Virus record (IMG/VR): IMGVR_UViG_3300009418_000017
DNA length: 64,000 nucleotides
Reading direction: 5' to 3' (one strand)
From: an uncultured virus (IMG/VR IMGVR_UViG_3300009418_000017)
Lineage: Duplodnaviria > Heunggongvirae > Uroviricota > Caudoviricetes
Numbering within the stretch: the stretch's first letter is position 1; the number at the start of each line of letters is the position of its first letter. Below, one piece after another: positions 1 through 9,398 of this stretch. Position numbers and translations under genes: made by a program. The notes below the pieces were generated by a model. The model was not told the DNA's origin. It made no database searches and worked only from the letters and a program-made list of their open reading frames with translations.

Positions 1-1274
1 GCTCTTGTAAGGGCTTGGGTTTTAGTCTTCATCGCGCCTATAGCGACCATGTGAGCTCGGTACCCTTTACTGGCAGCTGCCATGTGACGGTTGATTATGG
101 CCTGATCTTTAATGGTCGTTTGAGACATGGCTTTCTTAGCTGCAGCCAGGCGTCTAACCGCGACAATCTGACGCTTTATTTTTTGAGTGGCAGACTGATA
201 GCCAGACCCGACACTCTTTATGCCAGATGTCATCACGTTGAACACTTTCTTACCGGCGTACAACATGAATACGGTTTTTATAACCTCACCGTACTCATAA
301 GCGGTCTGTGTCAGAGTAGACATTAACTTAATAACGCCTTCTAAAAACTGACCAAAGGTTCGGGCCCACTCTTTAGCCTCGCTACTCTCAAGAAACTCAA
401 GAAACTCTCTCATTTCGCTTTTTAGAGTGTCGAAGTAACCGGCTTCATTCAACTCTTTCATTAGAATGGTGAACTGGGTTTTTATGCGTGACTTGAGACC
501 GTCGTAGGTTGTCATCAGGGCATCGGCCGAACCTTCAGCGTCAATTATCATTTCTCTTGCCATTTCTTTCATGGCTGATTGAGCGGCAACTTTACCTTCA
601 GAGACAAGTTTCACAAATTCGGCATACGTCATGGATAATGAACGAGCTGCTAGTTTTGCAGCATTTGGCACTGCTTCACCAAGCTGCTGTCTCAGCTCCT
701 CCATTGATATCACGCCTTTGCCTCCCATTTGCAGAATGGCAACTGAAGCACGTTTTAACATTTCCGAGCTGCCGCCAAACTGCGAAACGGACTCAGTAAG
801 TCCTTTAAATAGAAGGTTCGCGTCTTTTCCGACGCCAGTGTTTAATTTTACCAAACTATCTTGAAGTGTATTGAACTCAAACGGCAGCTGCTTTGCTTTT
901 TGGAGAAGTCCGTCCACCTGAGCTTTTGCATTTTCCATGCGCTCCATTCGGGTGGCGCCTTCACTGAAGTTCGACATGATTACTGTCGATCTTTCTAGCT
1001 CAGCATTGGTAGAGGCAATTGCGTCATTCCACCCCCAGGTCATGTTAATCAGATCCGGCATGAAGTAACGGAATGAGGCGCCGATTACGGACACGTCTCT
1101 TAGCACTGAGAGCCAGGACTTCTGAGTTCTGGTATTTCTCTTTACGGCTTTGTCCAGGCCATAAACAGACTCACTCATTTTGTCCGTGGTACGCTGAAAA
1201 CGGCGGATCTTCGCCTCACCGTTGTTATCGTCAAAGTCTAGGTCTAAAACCAACCGTTCCCGTGTCGTACTCAT
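1..1274 (-). CDS. Tail tape measure protein, N-terminal part (runs off window)
   Basis: Manually translated from ATG at 1274 (RBS GAGG): MSTTRERLVLDLDFDD...LKRASVAILQMGGKGVISMEELRQQLGEAVP, a tape-measure motif; follows the tail chaperones; absent from the ORF track because it is truncated. Confidence 0.9.
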   Translation of the reverse strand, partial: MSTTRERLVLDLDFDDNNGEAKIRRFQRTTDKMSESVYGLDKAVKRNTRTQKSWLSVLRDVSVIGASFRYFMPDLINMTWGWNDAIASTNAELERSTVIMSNFSEGATRMERMENAKAQVDGLLQKAKQLPFEFNTLQDSLVKLNTGVGKDANLLFKGLTESVSQFGGSSEMLKRASVAILQMGGKGVISMEELRQQLGEAVPNAAKLAARSLSMTYAEFVKLVSEGKVAAQSAMKEMAREMIIDAEGSADALMTTYDGLKSRIKTQFTILMKELNEAGYFDTLKSEMREFLEFLESSEAKEWARTFGQFLEGVIKLMSTLTQTAYEYGEVIKTVFMLYAGKKVFNVMTSGIKSVGSGYQSATQKIKRQIVAVRRLAAAKKAMSQTTIKDQAIINRHMAAASKGYRAHMVAIGAMKTKTQALTR

Positions 1275-1282
1275 CTATTACC

Positions 1283-1633
1283 TCACTGCAGTCTCTTAAG
1301 TCGCTCAATCGATTTCTTGCTGGTTTTTACGTGCTCGACAAACTCTTTCTCAATCACTCCACTCATAGAGCTCTCAAGCTCTTCTGAAATGGATTTGACG
1401 CCGTCTTGAGAGTGTACTGCTCCAGCTACCTTCAGCGCTCTCATATCTTCCTCAGCACGTACTGCGTCTATATGCTTGTTCATCGCCCAAAAAAGCTTGA
1501 TTCTCATGTTCAGAATCTCTTCCGGAGAGACGCCGTAAAAACGACAAAAGCGAGAGAAGAGAAAGCCGAAACTTACCCGGCTAACTCTCCAACTCGCCTG
1601 TTGTTCTTCGTCAAGCTCTTCCGGGCTTACGGC
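1283..1633 (-). CDS. Tail assembly chaperone GT-like extension (-1 frameshift product of 1627..1965)
   Basis: The -1 frame is open from GGAAAAG (1639-1633) through ...RFCRFYGVSPEEILN into ORF 1283..1507; lambda G/GT position. Confidence 0.8.
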   Translation of the reverse strand, partial: AVSPEELDEEQQASWRVSRVSFGFLFSRFCRFYGVSPEEILNMRIKLFWAMNKHIDAVRAEEDMRALKVAGAVHSQDGVKSISEELESSMSGVIEKEFVEHVKTSKKSIERLKRLQ

Positions 1634-1965
1634 TTTTCCGGCTCTTCACCTTCTTCAGCGGCAGAATTTGCTTGAGTCAGCCAAGTCATTAATGCAAACA
1701 GCTGCTTCGGCTTGAGCCCTTTCAGCTTCTCTTCGGGGCAAGTTGGAATTGAACGAGAAATTGCCTCAATCATCTTGAGCATCACTTCGTCCTCACCAAT
1801 GTTTTCTTCTTCATTGGCTTTTGCCGCTTCTTTTTCTTCTCGAATCAATGTGATGTACTCACCAACACTTGACTCGACAACTGGGTATTCTTCGCCACCG
1901 ATTTTCACGGCACGCTCTTCTTGCGCGATTTCGTCTAAGTCGAACAGGTCAACTTTGTTACTCAT
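1627..1965 (-). CDS. Tail assembly chaperone (gpG-like)
   Basis: Acidic 112 aa between tail tube and tape measure genes, ending at a slippery site. Confidence 0.8.
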   Translation of the reverse strand: MSNKVDLFDLDEIAQEERAVKIGGEEYPVVESSVGEYITLIREEKEAAKANEEENIGEDEVMLKMIEAISRSIPTCPEEKLKGLKPKQLFALMTWLTQANSAAEEGEEPEKP

Positions 1966-2031
1966 GCTTCACCTATTGCTGATTGATTAAAATAATTAAG
2001 TGGCTACGTATGTAGCCACTTAGATACTAAC

Positions 2032-2580
2032 TTAAGGAGTAGTTTCTGTTGCTGTTGGGTCACCAACGCTGAAGAGCTTGCCTTCGGCATTCGGATAACC
2101 TTTAAACTCAGCATTAAACACTCGTTCGTCGTCTTTCTTGAAAGAGTATTCCATGCCACCCGGCGTTGACGCCTTAAAGATTGTAAAGTCTTGCGACTTA
2201 TCTTCGTCAGGTAAGTCAATTGGGTGCAGAGTTAATGGTTTAGCTGACTTAACCAAGTCCTTGCCAATGCCAGTGTCGACGTCAACACGTTTCTTGGTTT
2301 CGTCAGTTGCGTCAGTTACCAAAGTAGCGCCTGGCATTAGCGCGACAAGGTTTTCCAAAGTGGTTTCGGCAAACCGAGCCGATACGCTCACGTTACGACC
2401 TTGAATGAACTCTTTAACAACCGTGTCACCGTATTGGTCTACAGTTGTCTCACGAGTTGTGGTTGTCACGCTAACGTCTACACCACCAATCGTTAGACCC
2501 ATATCATTGCCGTCGAGCATTACCTTACAGGTGCCCAACTGAATGTTTTCAATGTTCCCGTTTTGTGTTCCTGTTGGCAT
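2032..2580 (-). CDS. Major tail tube protein
   Basis: IQLGTCKV...DMGLTIGGVDV...TVDQYG pattern of siphovirus tail tube; synteny. Confidence 0.85.
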   Translation of the reverse strand: MPTGTQNGNIENIQLGTCKVMLDGNDMGLTIGGVDVSVTTTTRETTVDQYGDTVVKEFIQGRNVSVSARFAETTLENLVALMPGATLVTDATDETKKRVDVDTGIGKDLVKSAKPLTLHPIDLPDEDKSQDFTIFKASTPGGMEYSFKKDDERVFNAEFKGYPNAEGKLFSVGDPTATETTP

Positions 2581-2582
2581 TA

Positions 2583-2993
2583 TTACCCCCTGTTGACAAA
2601 CACAATCTTAAAATTCGTACTAAATTCATAAGCTGAACTTTTGTTCTTGCGGTACTGAACCGGCAAGTGCTTCGGCTTACACTTTTTAATAAGTACGTCT
2701 TCATTTCCCAAGTTCGCAAAATCAAGTGACTTAACGATCTTGTTAGCCAGCTCGTTACCGGGCTGGATTCTTTTTGAGGCGACTATTACTTGAACCTCTG
2801 TCTTGTAGTAACCCGGAAGCTCTTCATCGTGAGTTACCGGGTCCATGTCAGGCATAACTGCCACCACAGTTTCGCTATCACTTGGGATTTGAGGCAGTTG
2901 CCGCTCGAATACTTTTGGCAGACCGTTGTTCACGTTAAAAGAGGCGCATATACCCTCTGATACCAGTCTTTGAGAAATAATCTCTAAGTACAT
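2583..2993 (-). CDS. Tail terminator-like protein
   Basis: 136 aa immediately upstream of tail tube; VQVIV...YEFSTNF. Confidence 0.65.
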   Translation of the reverse strand: MYLEIISQRLVSEGICASFNVNNGLPKVFERQLPQIPSDSETVVAVMPDMDPVTHDEELPGYYKTEVQVIVASKRIQPGNELANKIVKSLDFANLGNEDVLIKKCKPKHLPVQYRKNKSSAYEFSTNFKIVFVNRG

Positions 2994-3448
2994 TAAAATG
3001 CCCCCTTAAGAATAGAGCGGACCCTGCTAACTATCTCTTCTCTCTGCCCTCTGTAGGCTCGATCCATAAATTTAGGGCCAACGTTCACCCCAAGCCTTTC
3101 CTGCTTCTCTTTTGACTTGGGACCAAGCTCGTAGTCTCTGTTCTCGTGAAGCCAAACTAGGTACTCGCCAACCATAGAGTCTTGTTTAAGCGCTATGTGA
3201 GTCTCATCGACAAATACCGAGTAAACGTTTCTTTTGAAAGGCGCTCTTTCAATGTGAACCTGAATGGCCTCTGTCATATCCCCGTCATCTACCGGGACGA
3301 ACATTTGCGCTCTATCTCTTATTTGATAGATTCCGTTTTCCAGTTCGCGATTGATTTTCTGGCCTGTTTCTTTGTAGCCGTTCATGATGCGCTTGTTAAA
3401 GCGAGAAAGTTTCGCGCTGAAATTCGATACGTTTCTTACCCCTGCCAT
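2993..3448 (-). CDS. HK97 gp10-like tail completion/neck protein
   Basis: AQMFVPVDDGDM and GPKFMDRA motifs; position. Confidence 0.7.
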   Translation of the reverse strand: MAGVRNVSNFSAKLSRFNKRIMNGYKETGQKINRELENGIYQIRDRAQMFVPVDDGDMTEAIQVHIERAPFKRNVYSVFVDETHIALKQDSMVGEYLVWLHENRDYELGPKSKEKQERLGVNVGPKFMDRAYRGQREEIVSRVRSILKGAF

Positions 3449-3783
3449 AACTTACAGGTCGCCTCGTAATGGTCTATTTTTCCGCTTATATCTCTCATGG
3501 GTCGCATTTCAGCAACCTCATGCTTTTGAAACTCGCCTTCTATCTGAACTACCGAGTCAGGTCTAGCTTCGGTGCTTGGGCTTAATTGAACCAGGTACTC
3601 TCCGGTTTTTATCTCACCTCGACCTCTCGAGCTAGATGCGTCCGCTCTGATGGAGCTAATGCTCTTGCCAGATCTGCCGCTCAATGGCGTGCATATTTCT
3701 CCGCCTATCTTCACCAATTCTTTCTCTGCATAACGATTCAAATCGTAAGAGTAGATAGTGATCGGTGTATTCCCCTTAAACAT
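3436..3783 (-). CDS. Head closure/head-tail joining protein
   Basis: 115 aa beta-rich, C-terminal GKIDHYEATC; position. Confidence 0.6.
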   Translation of the reverse strand: MFKGNTPITIYSYDLNRYAEKELVKIGGEICTPLSGRSGKSISSIRADASSSRGRGEIKTGEYLVQLSPSTEARPDSVVQIEGEFQKHEVAEMRPMRDISGKIDHYEATCKLWQG

Positions 3784-3821
3784 AGCCTTATTTTCCTCTC
3801 TGGCGTTATGTATGTCAACGT

Positions 3822-4370
3822 TTAGATATATGGAGAGAAAGAGGCGGACGTTCTTGGGTGATAAGCTCCATCGCTTTTCACAGAATCAATCAAACCGTTC
3901 AGTGTTTTTGCTCTGTAAACCTCAGAACGTCCGTTGTGTCTTACTTCTACCGAGCCCTTGCCGAGCTCATAGGCGTAAGATATTTCGGCAAGATTGACAG
4001 CCTCCGACGCTACCAGTGCAATCATGTCTTCAAACAGCCGCTTGTTGCGACCGTCTGTCACTCTTCCGGTGAAACTGATTGAGCTTTCGGAGAAGTTTCT
4101 CTTGCTCATAGTGACAAACAGTTCATTTGCCAGTTGCTTTACATACTTGCCCGACTCTCTAATGAAAAACTCTCTTTCTTTGCTGGCATCGTAACCGGGT
4201 AGTCTGCTAGAGACGATCAGGTCAAAAGCTGAAACTAAACTGAAAGACGCTGAGTCAGAAAGTTTTGATGAAAGAACCCGAAAATTCTTTTCACCTCTGT
4301 GCTTTGACAATGCCCCCAAGAAAGAAAGCCTAGTTGCGTATGCAATAGGCTTTATCTTTTCCGCTTTCAT
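3822..4370 (-). CDS. Hypothetical morphogenesis protein
   Basis: ORF coupled to the upstream gene in the head-tail cluster. Confidence 0.5.
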   Translation of the reverse strand: MKAEKIKPIAYATRLSFLGALSKHRGEKNFRVLSSKLSDSASFSLVSAFDLIVSSRLPGYDASKEREFFIRESGKYVKQLANELFVTMSKRNFSESSISFTGRVTDGRNKRLFEDMIALVASEAVNLAEISYAYELGKGSVEVRHNGRSEVYRAKTLNGLIDSVKSDGAYHPRTSASFSPYI

Positions 4371-5101
4371 CGCGTCACCACAACCGAGTTATCAATATAT
4401 CGAGCTATGTAACGCCAAGCTCTTTTGTGGATCATGTTGTCCACCGGCTTCGAGCGAAAGAATGTCGTTGACGATTCACCAACTGTTTTCGAGAAAACCC
4501 CGGACTCTCGCAGCTCTTCATTAGGGTCTTCCTGCAAAAGAATGCTTGCCTGGATTAACTGAGCCTTTCTGAAGTCATCTATTACAACGTCGGGCACCAC
4601 TTTCCAATCAACAAGGCTAGGAACGCTATGGCCAAATATGCCTTTGTTCAACGGGAATCGAGTTATCATGTCGTAACTCTCCATTAAAGCTGTAATTAGC
4701 TCGCCACGGTTTCCGTTGAAGTTTATCTTTGTCAGTCTAGGTATTAGCGACAACGCCTTGTTAAAGCTCATAAATGAGTTTGAAAAGGGCTGTAGCCGCT
4801 GCTCTCTGACAACAAAGTAGTAAACAGTGTTTCGGTAAGTGTTGCCGTCTACACCTGTCATAATGAGAGATACCGCTCTCACGGATGCACCGGCTGAATC
4901 TGACAGCGCGTTGTTTTCCGCATTGACGGTTAATTGTAGTGGCGATGAAAATTCAGAAACGGTGCCAGTTTGAAGAACCTGATCTTCGTCATCAGTAACC
5001 TCATACTCGGCACTAGCTACATCGACAGGCTCACCCTCTTCGGTTTTAAAATCGATTTGAACGTGAACGTCATTGTTCTGCAAAAAGCTTTTCATCACCA
5101 C
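4367..5101 (-). CDS. Head-tail adaptor-like protein with N-terminal beta domain
   Basis: C-terminal DDFRKAQLIQA...SGVFSKTVGESSTTF...AWRYIARY adaptor-like pattern. Confidence 0.6.
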   Translation of the reverse strand: MVMKSFLQNNDVHVQIDFKTEEGEPVDVASAEYEVTDDEDQVLQTGTVSEFSSPLQLTVNAENNALSDSAGASVRAVSLIMTGVDGNTYRNTVYYFVVREQRLQPFSNSFMSFNKALSLIPRLTKINFNGNRGELITALMESYDMITRFPLNKGIFGHSVPSLVDWKVVPDVVIDDFRKAQLIQASILLQEDPNEELRESGVFSKTVGESSTTFFRSKPVDNMIHKRAWRYIARYIDNSVVVTR

Positions 5102-5108
5102 CTCTCAA

Positions 5109-5735
5109 TTAGACTTTGAGTAATTTTTCAATCAACTCTTCGATGCTCTTTGCAGAAACATCGTGCTTTTCACCGATTTCGCGTAGGCCTTTAATGCCAC
5201 GGTCGTCAGCTACAGACTCAAGGTACTCGCGGGTGTACTTATCGCCGCCGTCTTCCGTACCTTCAATGCCTTCTACAGAAGAGCTATCTTCTGCACCTTC
5301 AGCACCGTCTTCCGGGTTCGCACCTTCCTGCTCGCCGTCTTCTGAGCCCGTTGGGTTGTTGGTTTCAGTTTTGTCTTCATCACCAACATCTGCGTCAGCT
5401 GAACTCAGGTCTTCAGAGTCTTCACCTTCAGGGGTATTATCTGAATCACCGCCACCAGGATTGTCGGAGTTGTCAGGGTTGCCGTCTTCACCTGATTCCG
5501 CGTCAGTTTTTTCTTTCGCTTGTGCTTCACGCTTGGCATGAGACTCGCGTGAATAATAAGTAACTGGCGAGATTTCGTTACCATCATCGTCAGTAATGGG
5601 CATTGAAGCGCCGATACGTATGGCTTCTTGAATGCTCATCAAGTCAACAGAGCGGCCTTCTTTGAACTCAACCATGCCAATCATGCCGGTGTATCGCTCT
5701 AAGCCTTTCTGTTTAATTCGAATATGTAGTGCCAT
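5109..5735 (-). CDS. Putative head-associated protein with long acidic linker
   Basis: Directly downstream of MCP; compact termini, D/E/G-rich middle. Confidence 0.55.
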   Translation of the reverse strand: MALHIRIKQKGLERYTGMIGMVEFKEGRSVDLMSIQEAIRIGASMPITDDDGNEISPVTYYSRESHAKREAQAKEKTDAESGEDGNPDNSDNPGGGDSDNTPEGEDSEDLSSADADVGDEDKTETNNPTGSEDGEQEGANPEDGAEGAEDSSSVEGIEGTEDGGDKYTREYLESVADDRGIKGLREIGEKHDVSAKSIEELIEKLLKV

Positions 5736-5760
5736 TAAACACCTCCAGTAAAAACGGAAA

Positions 5761-5780
5761 AGTGGGGCAAAAGCCCCACT
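5761..5780 (-). terminator. Intrinsic terminator after major capsid gene
   Basis: AGTGGGGC-AAAA-GCCCCACT hairpin, followed by TTT on the minus strand. Confidence 0.7.
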
Positions 5781-5793
5781 TTAATGCCAGCTA

Positions 5794-6687
5794 TTAGCTA
5801 GCGATAACACCTTCAACCGCAGATACCGCTTTAGTGCTCTTAAGAGCCATGCCGCAGTACATTTTGATACGAGTACGAGTCGCATCGCGGTTTTGAACGG
5901 TACCAAGATCTTCCAGTACGAAACCGGCTGTACCTTGACCACCATACAGACCGTGTAGGCCGCTAGCTTCGTCAAAGTTGACCGCGTAAAGCTTAGAAGT
6001 CTTGTCAGATGTACCTTTCGCTTCGGTTTCGATTTTGTCATTCACCATGATTGGAACACCGTCGTGAGAAGGCATTGTCAATCCGCTTGGCAACGTGACA
6101 AAGTCAGGAGTTGTGCCGCCCAGTGAGCGCAACAACGCCTTGTAAGCGCGGTACATATCTTTACGCATCAGGATTGCGTCAGCACCTAATTCACAAGCGT
6201 CAAGTAGCTCATCGAGCATTGACAGTGAAAGTGCATTACCGTCCGCTGCTGTGGTGATGGTTTGTGCGCTAGGCACCAAGTTCTTCAGACCGTTGAACTG
6301 CTTGTTAGCGGTAGAACCGTTAACCAGTGCGTCACGGAACTGCATAGACATACCCTTCACCTTGGAGGCGATCTGGATAGCCTTCTGGCTGTTCGCATCA
6401 GACTGAACGTTGTTCAGGAATTTGTCGACGTCTACGTCACCGATCAAGATACGCAGTTTAGTAGTGATCTCGTCGAACGTGCTCGCGCTTTCGTTGACGT
6501 CCTGGTTAGGGTCTAACCAGTCACCTTGCGCCAAGGTTTTCTCACGGTTGTAAACGTAAGCTTTACCTTCTGTTTCCGCAAAAGGCAGCATTTCAAATAA
6601 GTTATCCGTCTGGATGAACTCTTCGATTACGCCGCGAACCAAGTCGTTTTCTGACAGTTTCGCCGCTTCTTGTGCTAGTAATGGCAT
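5794..6687 (-). CDS. Major capsid protein (HK97 fold)
   Basis: GVIEEFIQTDNLFEMLPF...YVYNRE...LIGDVDVDKF...QFNGL; after scaffold. Confidence 0.92.
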   Translation of the reverse strand: MPLLAQEAAKLSENDLVRGVIEEFIQTDNLFEMLPFAETEGKAYVYNREKTLAQGDWLDPNQDVNESASTFDEITTKLRILIGDVDVDKFLNNVQSDANSQKAIQIASKVKGMSMQFRDALVNGSTANKQFNGLKNLVPSAQTITTAADGNALSLSMLDELLDACELGADAILMRKDMYRAYKALLRSLGGTTPDFVTLPSGLTMPSHDGVPIMVNDKIETEAKGTSDKTSKLYAVNFDEASGLHGLYGGQGTAGFVLEDLGTVQNRDATRTRIKMYCGMALKSTKAVSAVEGVIAS

Positions 6688-6714
6688 CTAACTTACCTCT
6701 TTATTAAAAGTGAA

Positions 6715-6738
6715 AGGTATCTCAGCGATGAGATACCT
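6715..6738. promoter_or_regulatory. Perfect copy of the genome-wide palindromic operator
   Basis: AGGTATCTCA-GCGA-TGAGATACCT upstream of MCP. Confidence 0.75.
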
Positions 6739-6757
6739 GTTTGCTCACAAAATTGGG

Positions 6758-7672
6758 TTAGCCGCCCTGACTGTCCAAGCCAGCTCGGATACGGTCAACC
6801 CCTTTACCAACGGTCTTCTTAGCTCGACCGTTACTCTCTTTGGAATCAGAGCCTTCTTTAACCTTTGAACGCAAGATTGTGTCTTTGTCCGGGTCCGCCT
6901 CAATGATGCGCTGCAGGGCAACGTCGAAAGAGGCAGGGTCGCCGTTCTTATCAACAATCTTCGTGCGGTCTTTGGCTCCTGATGGTTTGTCGTAAGCAAC
7001 CATTTTTCCATCTTCACCGACCTCAAAGTGGTCACCGTAAATCTTCTGAGTCTTCTGAGGAGAAGGTACCAGGTTTTCACGGATGAACTGGCTTTGGCCA
7101 AACTGTGAATCAACAACAAGAGATTTAAGCTGTGTATCGCGATCACCAAGTTGAGACTGCAATTCTTCAATGGTGGATGTCAGCTCACTAATTTTCTCAT
7201 TAGCTTCGCTCTCAACCTGCTCAACACGACTGTCAGCTTCAGCGCGAATTGTCTGTTCAAGCTCTTCATAGTTGCCTTCTTCAGCCAACTTACGCTTTTC
7301 ACCTTCTTTCTGTTGAGACATAAGCTCTTGATACTGCTCAAGGTCGATGCCTTCAAACTTGCTGTTCAGCTCTTCAAGCTTGCTTTCAAGTTCTTGACGC
7401 TGAGTGCTCGCTTCTTCTAGCTGACCGCTTAGCTCTTTAATCTTTTCCTTGCGAGACATCGACTCTTTTAGAAGCTGACGTTTTTCAGGGTCCATGCCCT
7501 TGTCGTCATCACCTTCTTTACCGCCGTTGTCACCGCCTTCGTTGCCGCTGCCGCCTTCATCGCCGCCGTCGCTGCCGTTATCTTGGCCACCACCACCGGC
7601 TCCGCCGCCTTCGGCTCCTACTTGATCTTGAACTAATGTGCGATTAGCCATAAGTTTCTGGAAAAATGTCAT
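6758..7672 (-). CDS. Capsid scaffolding protein
   Basis: Gly-rich N-terminus, long coiled coil; between portal and MCP. Confidence 0.8.
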   Translation of the reverse strand: MTFFQKLMANRTLVQDQVGAEGGGAGGGGQDNGSDGGDEGGSGNEGGDNGGKEGDDDKGMDPEKRQLLKESMSRKEKIKELSGQLEEASTQRQELESKLEELNSKFEGIDLEQYQELMSQQKEGEKRKLAEEGNYEELEQTIRAEADSRVEQVESEANEKISELTSTIEELQSQLGDRDTQLKSLVVDSQFGQSQFIRENLVPSPQKTQKIYGDHFEVGEDGKMVAYDKPSGAKDRTKIVDKNGDPASFDVALQRIIEADPDKDTILRSKVKEGSDSKESNGRAKKTVGKGVDRIRAGLDSQGG

Positions 7673-7742
7673 TGCTACTTACTCCTTCCAACGGTTTCTT
7701 GTTGGGTTAAAAAAAATAAACGCCATTCTCTCGGCAAAACTA

Positions 7743-9344
7743 CTACTCATCTTCGAGTTGATCAGACTCTTGACTTTCGTCATCTTGGTTCTGCTGATTA
7801 GGTAATGAAGATTTCACTTCCTCACCCAAACCAGAAGACTTTTCAAATTTCTCCAGGGCATCTTCCATTTCATCGATTGCTTCCTGAAGTTCTTTGATTT
7901 CTTTCTGAGGTGCACCCTGATAAAGCTTATTAACAGCTCGCTTCAACTGATACTGTCGCAATTTAAGCGGTGTAGTAATCATTTCGTAGCGTGCTGACAG
8001 CTGAAGCTCATCTTGTGCACCAATAACATCGTAATTCTCCGGGTACTTAACCAGAGGCTCGTCGATGTACTTCTCATCCCATTTATCGTGGTAGCGCAGA
8101 ACAATCTCTATAAGCTTGTTTTCCGCCCACTCAAGGCTTTGACCTTTTGAAATAAGAAGAGAATTGACGCGCTCAAAGTCGAACGCCTTAGCAACGCCGG
8201 ATGAATTGTCGATACCCATAGCGTTATCTTGCTTGGTACGCTCACCGGCCATGCCAATGCAGTGATAAATTTCATTGATGATCTGCTGAACCACGTCAGT
8301 GATCAGGCTTGCCTGTTTTGGATCTGGAGACAGGAACATCGGCTCTCCGCCTTCAGAGTCGTAAAGAAACACACGTTTGGTGCCGACTTCCTGCATCTTT
8401 TTTCGAGCTTCTTCATCGCCAGTTTCGTCATCAACACTCATGTGCTCCTGGAACAATGAGGATTGAGCCGGCATAGCGAGCTGAGAAAAGGTTTGGTCCT
8501 GGATGATTGCATCCAGGTTTGACAGGTAGTTGGCAACGGCGCGGTCGAGATAGGCAATATCATCAATTAGCGACTGAGAAGAATACTCTTCATCCGAAAT
8601 CTGATGATCAACCGGGAACACCGGAACAACGCCCAAGTTGTGAGAGCCTTCTTCGATAAGTCTCGATGGATCTTTGGACGTCGACTTGGGTTCATCTATC
8701 GAGCCACCTAGCTCGAAAAGATACCAGTCCGTCTGAGTCCAGATTCGAATTCGATCAACTTCCTTTGTGTCACCAAAAGGATCGGAGTCATGTCGAGCTT
8801 TCTCAGCAAACATGATCCAAATAATGTTGCCGTCATCGTCGTAGGCAACGTCAAGCATATCCTGGGGTCTCTTCCAGTAGAAAAACGTCCGATAATCGGC
8901 ACGCTTTTCATCTTCGACTGACTTAATTTCACCTAGAGCTTTCGTTGCATCAACAACTGCCCAAATACGGCCGTAGATGGATGACCCTTTCGAAAGTGTT
9001 GGCATCATTTTCTCGATAGACCAACCATTTCGACGAGAGCGACGCCAAAAGCGTTTAATTTCTTCAGGCGCGTCCTGTGAACGCACCACCTTGCCGCATC
9101 GCCAAACATATTTGTTGACGAGATCAACGACTTCTCTGGTGTGGTTGAATCGATAAGCCCGCTTCTTGCGCTCTTCAAATTCTGACTTAGACTCCTTCAT
9201 GTATTTGAAGATGTGCTTGTCGAACCAAGCACGACCACCACGATACGTCTCATAGAGAAAATCCCAATGAGGCTTCATGTCTTTGTATTGCGGATGTCGG
9301 CGTATCGCCAACTTATCGATCTTTTCTTTACTGAATCCAGTCAT
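7743..9344 (-). CDS. Portal protein
   Basis: 533 aa after TerL; HNLGVVPV, SSGVAKAFDF portal motifs. Confidence 0.9.
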   Translation of the reverse strand: MTGFSKEKIDKLAIRRHPQYKDMKPHWDFLYETYRGGRAWFDKHIFKYMKESKSEFEERKKRAYRFNHTREVVDLVNKYVWRCGKVVRSQDAPEEIKRFWRRSRRNGWSIEKMMPTLSKGSSIYGRIWAVVDATKALGEIKSVEDEKRADYRTFFYWKRPQDMLDVAYDDDGNIIWIMFAEKARHDSDPFGDTKEVDRIRIWTQTDWYLFELGGSIDEPKSTSKDPSRLIEEGSHNLGVVPVFPVDHQISDEEYSSQSLIDDIAYLDRAVANYLSNLDAIIQDQTFSQLAMPAQSSLFQEHMSVDDETGDEEARKKMQEVGTKRVFLYDSEGGEPMFLSPDPKQASLITDVVQQIINEIYHCIGMAGERTKQDNAMGIDNSSGVAKAFDFERVNSLLISKGQSLEWAENKLIEIVLRYHDKWDEKYIDEPLVKYPENYDVIGAQDELQLSARYEMITTPLKLRQYQLKRAVNKLYQGAPQKEIKELQEAIDEMEDALEKFEKSSGLGEEVKSSLPNQQNQDDESQESDQLEDE

Positions 9345-9398
9345 ATTGTTAATTCTACTATTGTTCCTAAGTATGTCAACGCTGAGATATAATAGTTC

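Noticed and set aside
2008..2027. Additional operator copies here and at ~60455
   Set aside because: Too degenerate to count confidently
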